A DNA stretch of 64,000 nt from Telmatocola sphagniphila (GTDB lineage: Bacteria > Planctomycetota > Planctomycetia > Gemmatales > Gemmataceae). The stretch covers positions 1,208,846 to 1,272,845 of the forward strand of contig NZ_CP074694.1 in the NCBI RefSeq assembly GCF_018398935.1, written 5' to 3'. Numbering within the stretch: position 1 is the stretch's first letter; every line of letters starts with the position of its first letter. The notes below the pieces were generated by a model. That model was given only the letters and a program-made list of their open reading frames with translations, was not told the origin of the DNA and searched no databases. Both the position numbers and the translations under genes were made by a program. Below, piece after piece: positions 1 to 10,356 of this stretch.

Positions 1-600
1 TTCGCATTTCTGAGAGGCTTTATACTTCTCGCCCGTACCAGCCGGGGGAGGTAATTCAATTTCAAAGTCGCGTTTCCAGGTAGCACCCATGGCCATTTCC
101 TTTTCAGGAAGCATGATCTTAAACGGCAGATCGATTTGAAAACCTTTGGCAGAGGTCTGCTTGGTTTCTTTCACTTCGGTAACGATACCCTTGGGGTTCA
201 CTACCACGACCGCCAGAGTCTGATTGATGAACTTTTTGAACTCAGCTTCGTTACTGGGGTTGGCAGGATCGGGTTTTTCGGAATCGAATACAGTAGGAGC
301 GTCCTTGCCATTACTGCGTTCGAGTCGCATCCGGCTTATCGACAGTTCCATGACCCCGGAACCATCTTTTAAAACATCGCGAACCTTCCAGTGCTTAAGA
401 ACCGAAAGTTTGCTTTGGAGTTTGTTGGTTACCGGTTTTTTGGTGTTCTCGTCAATGTTGGTATCTTCGATCTGAGTCAATTGCTCGATCTTGAACTGAT
501 ACTCATCCCCAATCTTGTATTTGAAGCTGGCGGGAGTCTGAGCCGACACCGTCGAAGCGACCGGGAAAAATACCAATCCTAGAAGAATGAATCGCAGCAT
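1..600 (-). CDS. Secreted or exported hypothetical protein, 5'-complete, truncated at the window edge. Start codon is the complement of 598-600.
   Basis: Reverse-complement of 541-600 reads MLRFILLGLVFFPVASTVSA QTPASFKYKIGDEYQFKIEQ..., a classic signal peptide followed by hydrophilic sequence. The frame continues open to position 1. Not in the ORF track because it is truncated. Confidence 0.5.
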   Translation of the reverse strand, partial: MLRFILLGLVFFPVASTVSAQTPASFKYKIGDEYQFKIEQLTQIEDTNIDENTKKPVTNKLQSKLSVLKHWKVRDVLKDGSGVMELSISRMRLERSNGKDAPTVFDSEKPDPANPSNEAEFKKFINQTLAVVVVNPKGIVTEVKETKQTSAKGFQIDLPFKIMLPEKEMAMGATWKRDFEIELPPPAGTGEKYKASQKCE

Positions 601-659
601 AGAATTTCCCCCAATTAAACTCTCTGGCTGAATATCACAGGGAGGAAAATGCCGCAAGA

Positions 660-1499
660 TTATCTGATCTGATCCAGAAACGATACCAACTCTGCATAAA
701 ACAGGTCGGGGATCAAGTCATTGTGCCGAGATCCCACCAAGGCGACGAACTTTTTAGGATTGTTCGCTGCTTCGAATAATTCCTGGCCGTGCTGGAAAGG
801 GACGAGTTGATCTCTCGTGCCGCTGAATAGGATCACGGGCACATGAAGTTGACCGATTTTGCCTAGATTATCGAACCGATTGGACATCAACGTGAATGTG
901 GGAAGCATGGGATAGAGGTTTTTCGCCGCGGCAGGAAGCGACGTGAATGTTTTTAACAAAACCAGCGCCCTTGGGGGAACAACCCGCGATTGTTCCACGG
1001 CTACGCCGCCACCCAGGGATTCGCCCAGATAGACTAGCTTGTTGGGATCGATCAGACCTCTTTGAATGTAGTCCTGAATGACGCTTGTCGCCGATTCGTA
1101 GCAACTTTTTTCGTCGGGGCTTCCAGTCGATAAGCCATAGCCGGGGTAATCGAAGACCATCGTGGAGGCCTTCAACAGTTCCGCGAAGCGAGCCATTCGG
1201 CTGCCATAGAAACTCAGGTTGCCGGCATTGCCATGAAAAATAACGATATGCCATCGGGCATTCGGGACGGGCATCCACCAGGAATGGATTTTGTTGCCGG
1301 AAGGCGTTTCGCAGAACGATTCTGCGATCCGCTCCTTGGGAATCGGCTCCATCTCCGAATCCCCGCGGAATACCAATTTCCGCTCTATGAATTGTTTGAA
1401 AGCAAAGAACATGATGAGAAAGAACCCGTAGAAGTAAACCCTTCGCCAGAACCAGTGTTTTTTCGAGCGACCGAACCAGGACATGATGGCTCCTGCCAC
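660..1499 (-). CDS. Alpha/beta-fold hydrolase (serine hydrolase)
   Basis: 279 aa with an N-terminal TM segment and the nucleophile elbow G-E-S-L-G-G (YLGESLGGGVAVE). Overall length and pattern are typical of alpha/beta hydrolases. Last gene of a minus-strand operon. Confidence 0.7.
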   Translation of the reverse strand: MAGAIMSWFGRSKKHWFWRRVYFYGFFLIMFFAFKQFIERKLVFRGDSEMEPIPKERIAESFCETPSGNKIHSWWMPVPNARWHIVIFHGNAGNLSFYGSRMARFAELLKASTMVFDYPGYGLSTGSPDEKSCYESATSVIQDYIQRGLIDPNKLVYLGESLGGGVAVEQSRVVPPRALVLLKTFTSLPAAAKNLYPMLPTFTLMSNRFDNLGKIGQLHVPVILFSGTRDQLVPFQHGQELFEAANNPKKFVALVGSRHNDLIPDLFYAELVSFLDQIR

Positions 1500-1503
1500 G
1501 GTT

Positions 1504-3198
1504 TTAAACTGCCTTTGCCCTAACGCGGCTCCAAATCAGGCAACCGAACAGGCAGAGGAAGCAAATCCCCGGTACCCAATCTCCGAATCGTACATAGATG
1601 GTTTTATCCGTCGCTGTGTCGTAAAGCTTTAGTGTGTCGGAAACAATTGCCTGCACTTTTTTACTGCTGGAATAGTTGTCGCCAGGAAGCTTTTTAACGA
1701 CACCGAATTCATCTATAACCGCAGAAATTCCCATGTTCACGGCCCGCACAACGGGACGCCGGGTTTCAATGGCGCGGAAGCGGCAAATAGAAAGATGTTC
1801 CTCGTGCTCGGAAGTGCCGTTGAACCAGCCGTCGTTCGATATGTTGACGAGGAAATCGAGCGGTTCGCCCGCATCAATCGAACGACTAACGGCTTCTCGG
1901 GCCATGGAAGCATCGGAGTCTTCGTAACAAATCATCACACCGAAATGGAAATCTCTATCTTCTTTTTTTAGATCAAACCGAGTCCAGGTTTCGCCCGGTT
2001 TGCAGCTATAGTCGTGATCGTAAGGAGTGAACATTTTCATCCAGGGAAAAGTCTGGCGGAGCGGCACGTATTCCCCGAACGGAACCAGATGCATTTTGTC
2101 GTACCGCTGATCCCGAGTTCCGTCTTCATTGAGGAATAAGGCGGAGTTGTACTTCCACTCGACTTCTTTCGATTCGTAAACGAGTCCGTTCAGCCCGACC
2201 AGAATATTCGAGTGAAACCGATTCGTCAGATACTCGCGCAGCATCGCCTGACGCTTGGAAAATTCAACAGGAAGCGAAGCTCTTTTACTTGGAGTTTCCG
2301 CATCCAACCATTCGTCCGGGCAGGTAGTCTCCGGCCAAATAATCAAGTCGGGGCGCTCTCGAGCCGCCGCATCTCCTAGGCTCAAAAATTGATGGAGCAT
2401 TTCGTCACCCCGGGCGTTCTTGATGTCCTGCGGAATGTTGGTTTGAATCAGTTTAACTTTTAGTTCGTGCGAAAGAGTGCTTTTGAGGGAGACTGCATCG
2501 TTAATTCCATCATTAATCGCAGAGAAATGAACCCCGATCACAACTAGAAGAGCACCCACTGTGGCTAGAATTAAACTTCGGCGATTGGAATAGACCATTT
2601 TTGAACTGGCGCTCAGATATCTTTGAATCCAAAGAGCCAGAACGCAATTGACCAGCACCAGGACCCAGGTCAAACCGTAAATACCCGTATACTTGGCGAG
2701 TTGACTGAAAAGAAAATTATCCCGTTGGCTATAGCCCAGGTGGTACCAGCCGAAGCCGACGTGCGTGCGAAATCCGATCGATTCCAGGAATGAAAACCCC
2801 GTCGGGAAATGACTTCGAATGTATTCCCCGAGCGTCCAGATCATCGGCAGAACGAACCAGAGAGGAAGCCCTTTTCGTACGAGCGAGCGGGTCAAAAGCA
2901 TCACTACAATCAGATAGAAAGTGCAGTAGAGTGCCAGTCCCAACCAGGTGGCGTACATGGCCGGATGAGCGACTCGCATCCATTGCAATACAGGAACGTA
3001 AAAGGCCAAACCGGCGAATAAAGAAGTGAGTATGGCCTGTCGACGCGTTTCACTATTGAGGACCGCAATCAGCAAGGGCACCAGAGCAACCCAACCCAGC
3101 ACCAGGCCCAAATTCAAAGGATAGAAACAGGCGTAGAGCATTAAACCGCTGAGGAGACTTAGGAGATTTCGCGTTCGGGAGCAGTTACAGTTCATCAC
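1504..3198 (-). CDS. lnt: Apolipoprotein N-acyltransferase
   Basis: 564 aa. Multi-TM N-terminus followed by a CN-hydrolase domain with Lnt-typical motifs (LIIWPETT, VGLNG, YDKMHLVPFGEYVP) and a C-terminal TM segment. Confidence 0.85.
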   Translation of the reverse strand: MMNCNCSRTRNLLSLLSGLMLYACFYPLNLGLVLGWVALVPLLIAVLNSETRRQAILTSLFAGLAFYVPVLQWMRVAHPAMYATWLGLALYCTFYLIVVMLLTRSLVRKGLPLWFVLPMIWTLGEYIRSHFPTGFSFLESIGFRTHVGFGWYHLGYSQRDNFLFSQLAKYTGIYGLTWVLVLVNCVLALWIQRYLSASSKMVYSNRRSLILATVGALLVVIGVHFSAINDGINDAVSLKSTLSHELKVKLIQTNIPQDIKNARGDEMLHQFLSLGDAAARERPDLIIWPETTCPDEWLDAETPSKRASLPVEFSKRQAMLREYLTNRFHSNILVGLNGLVYESKEVEWKYNSALFLNEDGTRDQRYDKMHLVPFGEYVPLRQTFPWMKMFTPYDHDYSCKPGETWTRFDLKKEDRDFHFGVMICYEDSDASMAREAVSRSIDAGEPLDFLVNISNDGWFNGTSEHEEHLSICRFRAIETRRPVVRAVNMGISAVIDEFGVVKKLPGDNYSSSKKVQAIVSDTLKLYDTATDKTIYVRFGDWVPGICFLCLFGCLIWSRVRAKAV

Positions 3199-3217
3199 AC
3201 GTCCTGCGTTAAGATCT

Positions 3218-4417
3218 TCAATTCATTCGGAAGGCAGTGACACGCTCACCGGGCGCTAATTTCACCGGGCCGGCGGGGACTGCTAATAGCACATTGGCTT
3301 CCTTGTACGCCAGCAGATTGGCCGATCCTGCCCAGGGAATCGGTCGAATCAATTCCATGCCTTCCTGAACGAGTAGGCGGCCTGGGAGGTAAGTCGGCCG
3401 GTCGTTATCCGTTATCAACGATTCAGACAGTGGGAGCAATACCTTTTTAGGCTCACACTCTATCTCTCCACGTAACTTTCTTAAAACCGGCTCGACGAAG
3501 AGAATGAAGCTGACCAGCGAACTGACCGGGTTTCCGGGAAGGCCGAAGACCAGACATTTGCCCAATTTACCAAAGAGTAGCGGCTTACCCGGCTTCATCG
3601 CTATTTTGTGAAAATAGATCTCGGTTGCGAGTTCGGCCAGAATTCTCGGAATCAGATCATGGCTGCCCATGGAAACGCCGCCCGAGATCAGAACAATATC
3701 CGCCCGTTCACTTCCCCGAGCAATTTCCGTTTTTAATTTTTCTTCCTCGTCCGGGATGATTCCCAGATAAGTGGCTTCGGCTCCCACTTGTTCGGCCAGT
3801 GCCGTGAGCATCGGTCCGTTGCTATTTCGAATCTGGCTTCCAACCGGTTGCTGGTGGGGTTCGACGATTTCATTTCCTGAGCTGAATACGCAAATCCGAG
3901 GTATGGGATAGCATGGGAGTTCCGTCTGACCAATACTGGAAAGCAATCCTACTACAGCCGGATTTAGGACGAGACCCTGGGGGAGTATGACATCGCCGCA
4001 CTTATATTCCGTGCCCCGTTTTAAGATGTTTTTGCCCGGTTTCGGAGGCGCGGAATTATTCCGAATTCGCCGGTTGGCCGATTCCGTCAGCACCTCTACT
4101 GGAATGACGGCATCTGCTCCGATGGGTACAGAGGCACCCGTCATGATTCGCATTGCTTGACCGGTTAGAAGCGTTCGTGGGAGAGAATCGCCGGCCAGGA
4201 TCGTGTTCGAAAGTTCATAATCTGGGCCCGGTTCGGAAGTATTAACTGCGATCCCATCCATCATCGATTTATCGAATGGAGGTGAGTCACGATCCGCAAG
4301 TAAATCTTCCGCAAGTACGAGCCCCAGAATCTCCCGACCCAGGTTGAATTGCACCGGTTTGAGACGGTGAGCCTGATTCAAAACAATTTGCAGAGCGTCA
4401 GAAACAGATAGCATCAA
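3218..4417 (-). CDS. moeA: Molybdopterin molybdotransferase MoeA
   Basis: 399 aa. Start MMLSVSDALQIVL...; MoeA/gephyrin-type motifs (GDSLPRTLLTGQAMRIMTGASVP, ISGGVSMGSHDL, MKPGKP). Confidence 0.85.
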   Translation of the reverse strand: MMLSVSDALQIVLNQAHRLKPVQFNLGREILGLVLAEDLLADRDSPPFDKSMMDGIAVNTSEPGPDYELSNTILAGDSLPRTLLTGQAMRIMTGASVPIGADAVIPVEVLTESANRRIRNNSAPPKPGKNILKRGTEYKCGDVILPQGLVLNPAVVGLLSSIGQTELPCYPIPRICVFSSGNEIVEPHQQPVGSQIRNSNGPMLTALAEQVGAEATYLGIIPDEEEKLKTEIARGSERADIVLISGGVSMGSHDLIPRILAELATEIYFHKIAMKPGKPLLFGKLGKCLVFGLPGNPVSSLVSFILFVEPVLRKLRGEIECEPKKVLLPLSESLITDNDRPTYLPGRLLVQEGMELIRPIPWAGSANLLAYKEANVLLAVPAGPVKLAPGERVTAFRMN

Positions 4418-4452
4418 AAATCTCCTCCGGGGGAGATTTTACCAAGGCTCGA

Positions 4453-6162
4453 TTAGAACTCCATGGTGTTTAGTCGTCGGATGCCGGCTCGCATGGGAAA
4501 ACCAAAGGCAATCCCAGCCATGATAATCCCAATCGGAAGGCCTGCGAAGGTCCACCAGGATTGAGCCTTTAACTGGGTGATAGCGGTGGATGCATATGCA
4601 ATGTGGTACGGGCCGCAGATCAGGGCCACACAGAGCACCATGTAACCGAAACCGGTGACCGTGAACATAGTTCCGCCGAAGCCAACGACGATTTTGGAGG
4701 GATCGGACTCGCGAAAGTTCGGCATCCAGGCGCTGATGCCAACTGCCATGCCGCACAAACCCACTACCATGATAAACATTGCGAACAGGTGAATGCCCAG
4801 GGCCGTCCAAGGCATATTGAGGACGAGATCGCTTAGCAGTACCATGCCTAAACCGAACAGGAGTGTTCCCGTTAAAGCGAAGGCAAACTTGCCCCAAAGC
4901 AATTTTTCCCTTTTCAATGGTAACAGACCGAGAATCCAGAACTTCCGACCTTCGAGACTGATCAACGGGTAGATGAATCTGCCCAGATAGGCGCAGATTA
5001 ATAAACCGGTCGCCGAGAGGTTCAGTAGGCTCAGGCCATGCTGATACGCAATTGGAATATCGGCTTTGAAAAACTGCCTCGAATTCATGACGCACATCAG
5101 CAGAAGCACGGCGAACAGACTGAGTTGACCGACTTGCGCAGGTTCCCGACGAAACGTTCTGAAATCCTTGATAATCATAGTCTTGGTCTGGGTATCCAGG
5201 AACCAGACGAACTTGAGCATAATCCGATCCAGGATCGACTCCCCATATTTTCGATGCGGTCCTCCGAGTGTCGAGATCCGATTATATCCGCGCCGATAAA
5301 CCTGTTTCGCCAGTGCGGCCGCCAGCAGAAATAGAAAAAGCCCATTGCTCCAGATTAAAGCGAGGTGATAGCCTGCTTCGGCCAGTTCCCCCCGGGCAAG
5401 TTCGAGAAGTCCCTTACTCATCCAGTGGCTGGGCATATAACGATTTCGGGCCAGCCAGAACATATCGAAAATCGATTGCAGGGCATCCCTATTGCCGCTC
5501 ACGCCCGTTCTCAGAGTAACGAACATCCGGATCAGCCAGATAACTACTCCGACTGATAAGATCACCAGACTCAAAATCAGAAAAAGCTTTTTTTGCCGCG
5601 GTAGGAGATTCACTATCCCCAAACAGACTAGGCTGCCAACGGCACCGGGGATGATAATGAACCCGCCGAGAAAGAAGGGGATGCCGAGAAAAAACCATAC
5701 GCTGACTTCAAAGGTGATCCCATAGGCAATCAGAATGGGCACCCCGAGTACCAGAAAAGCCCAGCTACTGAAGCCTATGGCACTTTGAAATTTCGTCGTG
5801 AAAATATGATCGGCACGAGCAGGTGTAGTCAAAAGATAGCGAGTTTCCACACCGGTAAACAGACTGGCATAGACGATCAATCCGGTGGAAAGGATGAGCA
5901 TCGTTCCGAGAGTGAAAAACAGACTGTCAAACAGTAGCTCCAGGATTCCGCCGGCCGCGGCGACTTTGTTCTGATTCACCAGAGTGAAGCCAGAATAACT
6001 CGCCCCGAATACGGCTCCCCAGACCAGAATTCCGCAGCTGATGATGGTGATGACGCGAATTCTTGAACTCGACAGGAGTTGCCGGCTAGAGTTGCGCAAC
6101 AACGTCAGCCGTAAACCCCGGAAGATGGCCGGTTGGGGCAGGGGGGTATGGGATGAAGTCAT
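4453..6162 (-). CDS. ABC transporter permease (ABC-2 type, large multi-TM)
   Basis: 569 aa, highly hydrophobic with many predicted TM helices. Its 3' end overlaps the start of the upstream ABC ATPase gene by 4 bp (translational coupling). Confidence 0.6.
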   Translation of the reverse strand: MTSSHTPLPQPAIFRGLRLTLLRNSSRQLLSSSRIRVITIISCGILVWGAVFGASYSGFTLVNQNKVAAAGGILELLFDSLFFTLGTMLILSTGLIVYASLFTGVETRYLLTTPARADHIFTTKFQSAIGFSSWAFLVLGVPILIAYGITFEVSVWFFLGIPFFLGGFIIIPGAVGSLVCLGIVNLLPRQKKLFLILSLVILSVGVVIWLIRMFVTLRTGVSGNRDALQSIFDMFWLARNRYMPSHWMSKGLLELARGELAEAGYHLALIWSNGLFLFLLAAALAKQVYRRGYNRISTLGGPHRKYGESILDRIMLKFVWFLDTQTKTMIIKDFRTFRREPAQVGQLSLFAVLLLMCVMNSRQFFKADIPIAYQHGLSLLNLSATGLLICAYLGRFIYPLISLEGRKFWILGLLPLKREKLLWGKFAFALTGTLLFGLGMVLLSDLVLNMPWTALGIHLFAMFIMVVGLCGMAVGISAWMPNFRESDPSKIVVGFGGTMFTVTGFGYMVLCVALICGPYHIAYASTAITQLKAQSWWTFAGLPIGIIMAGIAFGFPMRAGIRRLNTMEF

Positions 6163-6905
6163 GCTGCAGCCTCCTGCTCGTTTGTCGACTCCTCGGTGAT
6201 CTTGAGGAAGACCTCTTCCAGCGATCCCGCCAGGCTGGCTTGCTTGCGAAGTTCATCCAGGCTGCCGCAGCCGATCAAACGGCCATGATCCACAATTCCG
6301 ATGCGGTCTCCCAACTCCTGGGCCACATCGAGGGCGTGCGTGGAGAGGAAAACCGTCGTACCCCGACAAGCCTCCTCGCGGAGAAGGTCTTTCAGCAATC
6401 GAATCGATTTGGGATCGAGACCCACCGTCGGCTCGTCCACAATCAGGATTTTGGGCTGGTGGACCATCGCCGCGGCAAATACCGTCCTCTGACGCATGCC
6501 GTGAGAATAACGTTCGCTGAGATCGTCGACGAATTCCTGCATTCGAAACAGGGCGATCATCTCTTCGATTCGATCTGCCGATTGCGAACGCGGCATGCCG
6601 TATAAATCGGCGGTGAACGTCAGAAATTCCCGGCCCGATAATTTCTCGTAGAGATAGGGCTGATCGGGGACGTAGCTGATTAGTTGGCGGGCTTTGTCGC
6701 CATCTTTCTGTATTTCATATCCACCGATGTGGATGCTTCCGGAGCTGGGGAAAAGGAGCCCGCAGATCATCTTGATCGTGGTGGTCTTGCCTGCGCCATT
6801 GGGGCCCAAGAACGCGAAGAGTTCTCCGGCGGCAATGGATAGGTTCATATCTCTTACGGCGACTTTGTCACCGTAGAGTTTGCTGACATTTTTTAATTCA
6901 ATCAT
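6159..6905 (-). CDS. ABC transporter ATP-binding protein
   Basis: 248 aa. Walker A GPNGAGKTT, a divergent signature (YSHGMRQR), and Walker B ILIVDEPTVGLD. Confidence 0.85.
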   Translation of the reverse strand: MIELKNVSKLYGDKVAVRDMNLSIAAGELFAFLGPNGAGKTTTIKMICGLLFPSSGSIHIGGYEIQKDGDKARQLISYVPDQPYLYEKLSGREFLTFTADLYGMPRSQSADRIEEMIALFRMQEFVDDLSERYSHGMRQRTVFAAAMVHQPKILIVDEPTVGLDPKSIRLLKDLLREEACRGTTVFLSTHALDVAQELGDRIGIVDHGRLIGCGSLDELRKQASLAGSLEEVFLKITEESTNEQEAAA

Positions 6906-6923
6906 GGGAGAGCTCGATTTCCG

Positions 6924-7871
6924 TTAGTTGTCTCGTACGAGTTTCAGCTTCTCGCCAAAACCGGTGGCTTCCTGCTGTAATACTTTACCATCCGAGATGC
7001 GTACCCACGTCCGTCCGGTAACGCTGTCGTTGCGATATTCGATCACCTGGCAGTTCTCCTGGACATCCTTCCACAACAATTGTTGAGGTTCTGCCAGTAC
7101 TTCCGCAATTATCTCGGGGGCTTGTCGACTTTTCAGCGTTTCCAGGGGAAGTTCCAATTTCGCCTGCTTCGCAAGATTATTAAGCGTTTGGAAGGTCGCC
7201 TGGGAGATCGTTTCCGATACGGGATCAACGAGCGTCATCTTCCAGCTTCTTCCTGGGGTGAGCCCGAAGATGCGATCCTGAGGTTGCATGGGATTGAATA
7301 GATTGCCGCGCGTGACAGGAAACGGGGTCAGGTCGTTCTTGAATTCACCGAAAGGTGTTCTTAAAAAGCTTTGTCCCTGGAATTGTCCCTCCCGGACTTC
7401 CCCTTCCAGCTCCGCTTCGAAGGATAAAGATTGCGAAGAGTCCTGAGCTTGGGGGCCAATGTTGAAATAAATCTGAAACTTACCCGAAGTGCTCTGCTTG
7501 CGGAGTTGTCCGTTTCGATCGATAACGGAGACTGTTCGAATCGATGGGATATGGACTTCGAGGTTGTACTGAAGTATTCCCATTTTCACCACCATGCTCT
7601 GGAGGCGATTCTCTATTTCAAAAGCATCTTCTTTGCCGAGGAAGCTCAACTTGGAATTGAGATATCCCAGCTTTTTTTCACCCTGGAAGATGTTCCAACT
7701 GGTGATACGGGGGGCCGCTTCATCGGCCAGATCAACGGAAAATTCGGGACTGCTATCGCTGGCTAACCAGGACGGCAGGAATTCGCGTTTGACGAACCAG
7801 CCCACGGTAAAAAACCAGAACAGAATGATCATTAAGGTGACAAAGCGGGAGGGCATGATGGTAGACCTCAA
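6924..7871 (-). CDS. Hypothetical membrane-anchored protein, first gene of the ABC / moeA / lnt operon
   Basis: 315 aa with a single N-terminal TM helix (FVTLMIILFWFFTVGWFV) and a hydrophilic remainder. I recognise no family. Confidence 0.5.
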   Translation of the reverse strand: MRSTIMPSRFVTLMIILFWFFTVGWFVKREFLPSWLASDSSPEFSVDLADEAAPRITSWNIFQGEKKLGYLNSKLSFLGKEDAFEIENRLQSMVVKMGILQYNLEVHIPSIRTVSVIDRNGQLRKQSTSGKFQIYFNIGPQAQDSSQSLSFEAELEGEVREGQFQGQSFLRTPFGEFKNDLTPFPVTRGNLFNPMQPQDRIFGLTPGRSWKMTLVDPVSETISQATFQTLNNLAKQAKLELPLETLKSRQAPEIIAEVLAEPQQLLWKDVQENCQVIEYRNDSVTGRTWVRISDGKVLQQEATGFGEKLKLVRDN

Positions 7872-7969
7872 AAAGACATGTACCTTTTGTACGAAGACCG
7901 CTTCGAAAAGGTTTTCTCGGTGGTCGAGAATTCATTGGATACTAGCATAACGCAGTTAATTGAGAATTC

Positions 7970-9091
7970 TTGAGGGAAGATAGAGTCATGATTGTCGGAG
8001 TACCGAGCGAAATCAAGTCGGATGAGTATCGTGTAGCCATGATCCCAGTCGGAGTTGAAGAATTGACCCGAGCGGGGCATAAAGTTCTCGTTCAGGCCGG
8101 GGCAGGGACTGGCAGCGGTATCTCCGACGAACGCTATGCCGAGAGTGGGGCCGAAATCGTTCCGGATGCGGCGACGATCTGGAAGCGATCCGAAATGATC
8201 ATCAAAGTGAAAGAACCGCTTTCCGATGAGTGGCCGAGCATGCAGGCCGGGCAGGTGGTTTTTACTTACTTTCATTTTGCAGCCGATGAAAAGTTGACTC
8301 GCGCGGTACTCGAAAGCGGCATCACCGCCATCGCATACGAAACTATTAAAGATGTTCGAGGTAATCTTCCGCTTCTTACACCGATGAGCGAAGTGGCAGG
8401 CCGGATGAGCATTCAGGAAGGGGCCAAATATCTGGAACGTCCTTTCCAGGGACGCGGCATTCTATTGAGTGGCATACCCGGTGTTCCTCCCGCGGAGGTC
8501 GTCGTCCTGGGGGGCGGCATTGTCGGTGCCAACGCGGCCAAGATGGCGGCCGGGTTAGGCGCAAATGTCACTTTGTTGGACATCAATCTCGATCGGCTTC
8601 GTTATCTCGATGACGTAATGCCTAAGAATGTCACCACTGTTTTCAGCGATCGCCACAATATTCTTAAGGCCCTTGCACAGGCGGATTTGGTGATCGGCGC
8701 GGTTCTGATACCTGGTGCGCGCACTCCCATGTTGGTGCGACGCGAAGATTTGAAGAAAATGCCGCATCGTGCCGTGATCATTGATGTTGCGATCGATCAG
8801 GGGGGCTGCATCGAAACCTCCCGCCCGACCACTCACGCTCATCCGACTTACATCGTGGATGATATCGTTCACTACTGTGTGACCAATATGCCCGGGGCGG
8901 TAGGTCGAACCAGCACCTACGGACTCACCAACGTTACCCTTCCTTATGCTCTCCAACTCGCCAATAAGGGTGTGGAAAAAGCCTCGCGGGATAACATCGC
9001 TCTGGCGCAAGGTATTAACATTCATCAGGGGCGCGTTACCAATCAGGCTGTAGCCGAGACCTTTAAACTGGGTTACTCCTCCGCGTTTTGA
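7970..9091 (+). CDS. ald: Alanine dehydrogenase. The true start is probably the internal ATG at 7988 (MIVGVPSEIK...).
   Basis: MIVGVPSEIKSDEYRVAMIPVGVEELTRAGHKVLVQAGAG is the canonical AlaDH N-terminus. Rossmann motif VVVLGGGIVG is present. Confidence 0.9.
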   Translation: MREDRVMIVGVPSEIKSDEYRVAMIPVGVEELTRAGHKVLVQAGAGTGSGISDERYAESGAEIVPDAATIWKRSEMIIKVKEPLSDEWPSMQAGQVVFTYFHFAADEKLTRAVLESGITAIAYETIKDVRGNLPLLTPMSEVAGRMSIQEGAKYLERPFQGRGILLSGIPGVPPAEVVVLGGGIVGANAAKMAAGLGANVTLLDINLDRLRYLDDVMPKNVTTVFSDRHNILKALAQADLVIGAVLIPGARTPMLVRREDLKKMPHRAVIIDVAIDQGGCIETSRPTTHAHPTYIVDDIVHYCVTNMPGAVGRTSTYGLTNVTLPYALQLANKGVEKASRDNIALAQGINIHQGRVTNQAVAETFKLGYSSAF

Positions 9092-10356
9092 GAGAAGAAT
9101 GGATTTCCGTCTTTCTGGAAGTCCAAATTGAATACGCCATGACAGAATCCCAAGTACTGACTATTTCAGCAATTACGGCAACCATCAAACAGTTGCTGGA
9201 AGCGGGATTTCCCCAGGTGTGGGTGGCAGGGGAAATTTCCAACCTCAGTCGTCCGGCTTCCAAACATCTCTATTTTGCATTGCGGGACAGTCAGGCCCAG
9301 TTGAAATGTGTGATGTACCGCAGTTCTGCGGAACGCTGCCCGTTTGACTTACACGATGGCCTGGAGATTCTGGCTAAAGGCCGCATTACAGTTTATCCTC
9401 CCAGCGGCCAGTATCAACTGATCGTCGATGCCATCCAACCCAAGGGTATGGGTCTTCAGGAGTTGAAACTCCGGCAACTCAAAGAAAAGTTGCAGAAGCT
9501 CGGCTACTTCAGCTCGGAACGAAAACGCCCCCTGCCGAAGTTTCCACGTCGGATCGCTTTAGTGACGAGCCCGACTGGAGCAGCTATTCGAGACATGCTC
9601 GAGGTCTTTCGATCTCGCTGGCCGGTTGCGGAAATTCTTTTATTTCCCGTTCGGGTTCAGGGGGATACGGCTCCCGCCGAGATAGCTCGGGCCATCAGAA
9701 TCTCAAATGAAACTCCTCTGGCGGGATACCCCATCGACCTATTAATTGTGGGTCGGGGAGGAGGTTCCGCAGAGGATCTGTCTGCCTTTGATACGGAAAT
9801 CGTTGCGGATGCGATTTTTGAGTCGCGTATTCCGGTGATTAGTGCCGTCGGGCACGAAATCGATGTGAGTATATCGGATATGGTGGCCGATTATCGCGCA
9901 TTGACCCCCACCCAGGCCGCGGTGGCCTGCACTCCCGTTCGCGACGAATTATTAAGTAATCTGGAAGCGAACCTGTCGCGGTTGGGAGAGTTACTCCGGC
10001 AGAAAGCGGAGCGAATTCGCGTCAGACTTGATTCGATAGTGCGACACCAGGCGTTTAGAAGTCCTCTGGATGGCATTCGGGATCGCGAACAGCGTCTGGA
10101 CTTGCTGGCCGACCGACTGCTCCGAAACTGGCAGGACAGAAAATCCCGCTACCAAAATCAACTCGTCACCGCTTCCGCAAAGCTCGAATCACTGAGCCCG
10201 CTCAAAGTACTAAGTCGAGGTTACAGCCTCACCCAGGAAATAGAAACCTCTAAGATAGCTACAACGAAAGAATTGAAAATCGATCAGCGAATTCGAACGC
10301 GTCTGGCGGATGGGGAGATCATCAGCCGAATCGAAGAGGTGAAGCCAGCGTCATGA
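9088..10356 (+). CDS. xseA: Exodeoxyribonuclease VII large subunit. The start is probably the internal ATG near 9139.
   Basis: OB-fold N-terminus (LTISAITATIKQLLEAGFPQVWVAGEISNLSRPASKHLYFALRD), a catalytic core, and a C-terminal coiled region. Its stop overlaps the xseB start. Confidence 0.9.
   Translation: MREEWISVFLEVQIEYAMTESQVLTISAITATIKQLLEAGFPQVWVAGEISNLSRPASKHLYFALRDSQAQLKCVMYRSSAERCPFDLHDGLEILAKGRITVYPPSGQYQLIVDAIQPKGMGLQELKLRQLKEKLQKLGYFSSERKRPLPKFPRRIALVTSPTGAAIRDMLEVFRSRWPVAEILLFPVRVQGDTAPAEIARAIRISNETPLAGYPIDLLIVGRGGGSAEDLSAFDTEIVADAIFESRIPVISAVGHEIDVSISDMVADYRALTPTQAAVACTPVRDELLSNLEANLSRLGELLRQKAERIRVRLDSIVRHQAFRSPLDGIRDREQRLDLLADRLLRNWQDRKSRYQNQLVTASAKLESLSPLKVLSRGYSLTQEIETSKIATTKELKIDQRIRTRLADGEIISRIEEVKPAS

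Noticed and set aside
136-582. Three plus-strand ORFs (78, 83 and 63 aa) at the window start
   Set aside because: They lie antisense to a well-supported minus-strand gene with a clear signal peptide (1..600). They are typical shadow ORFs.
4439-5095. 218-aa minus-strand ORF overlapping the ABC-2 permease gene in another frame, plus numerous other 60-230-aa ORFs inside or antisense to long genes (e.g. 8555..9025, 12528..13049, 13077..13643, 17496..18194, 21525..22229, 30464..31150, 31036..31476, 46187..46654, 47728..48252, 60815..61597)
   Set aside because: All are nested in, or antisense to, much longer ORFs with clear family signatures. Their products are low-complexity Arg/Ser/Pro-rich sequences typical of out-of-frame readthrough in GC-balanced DNA.
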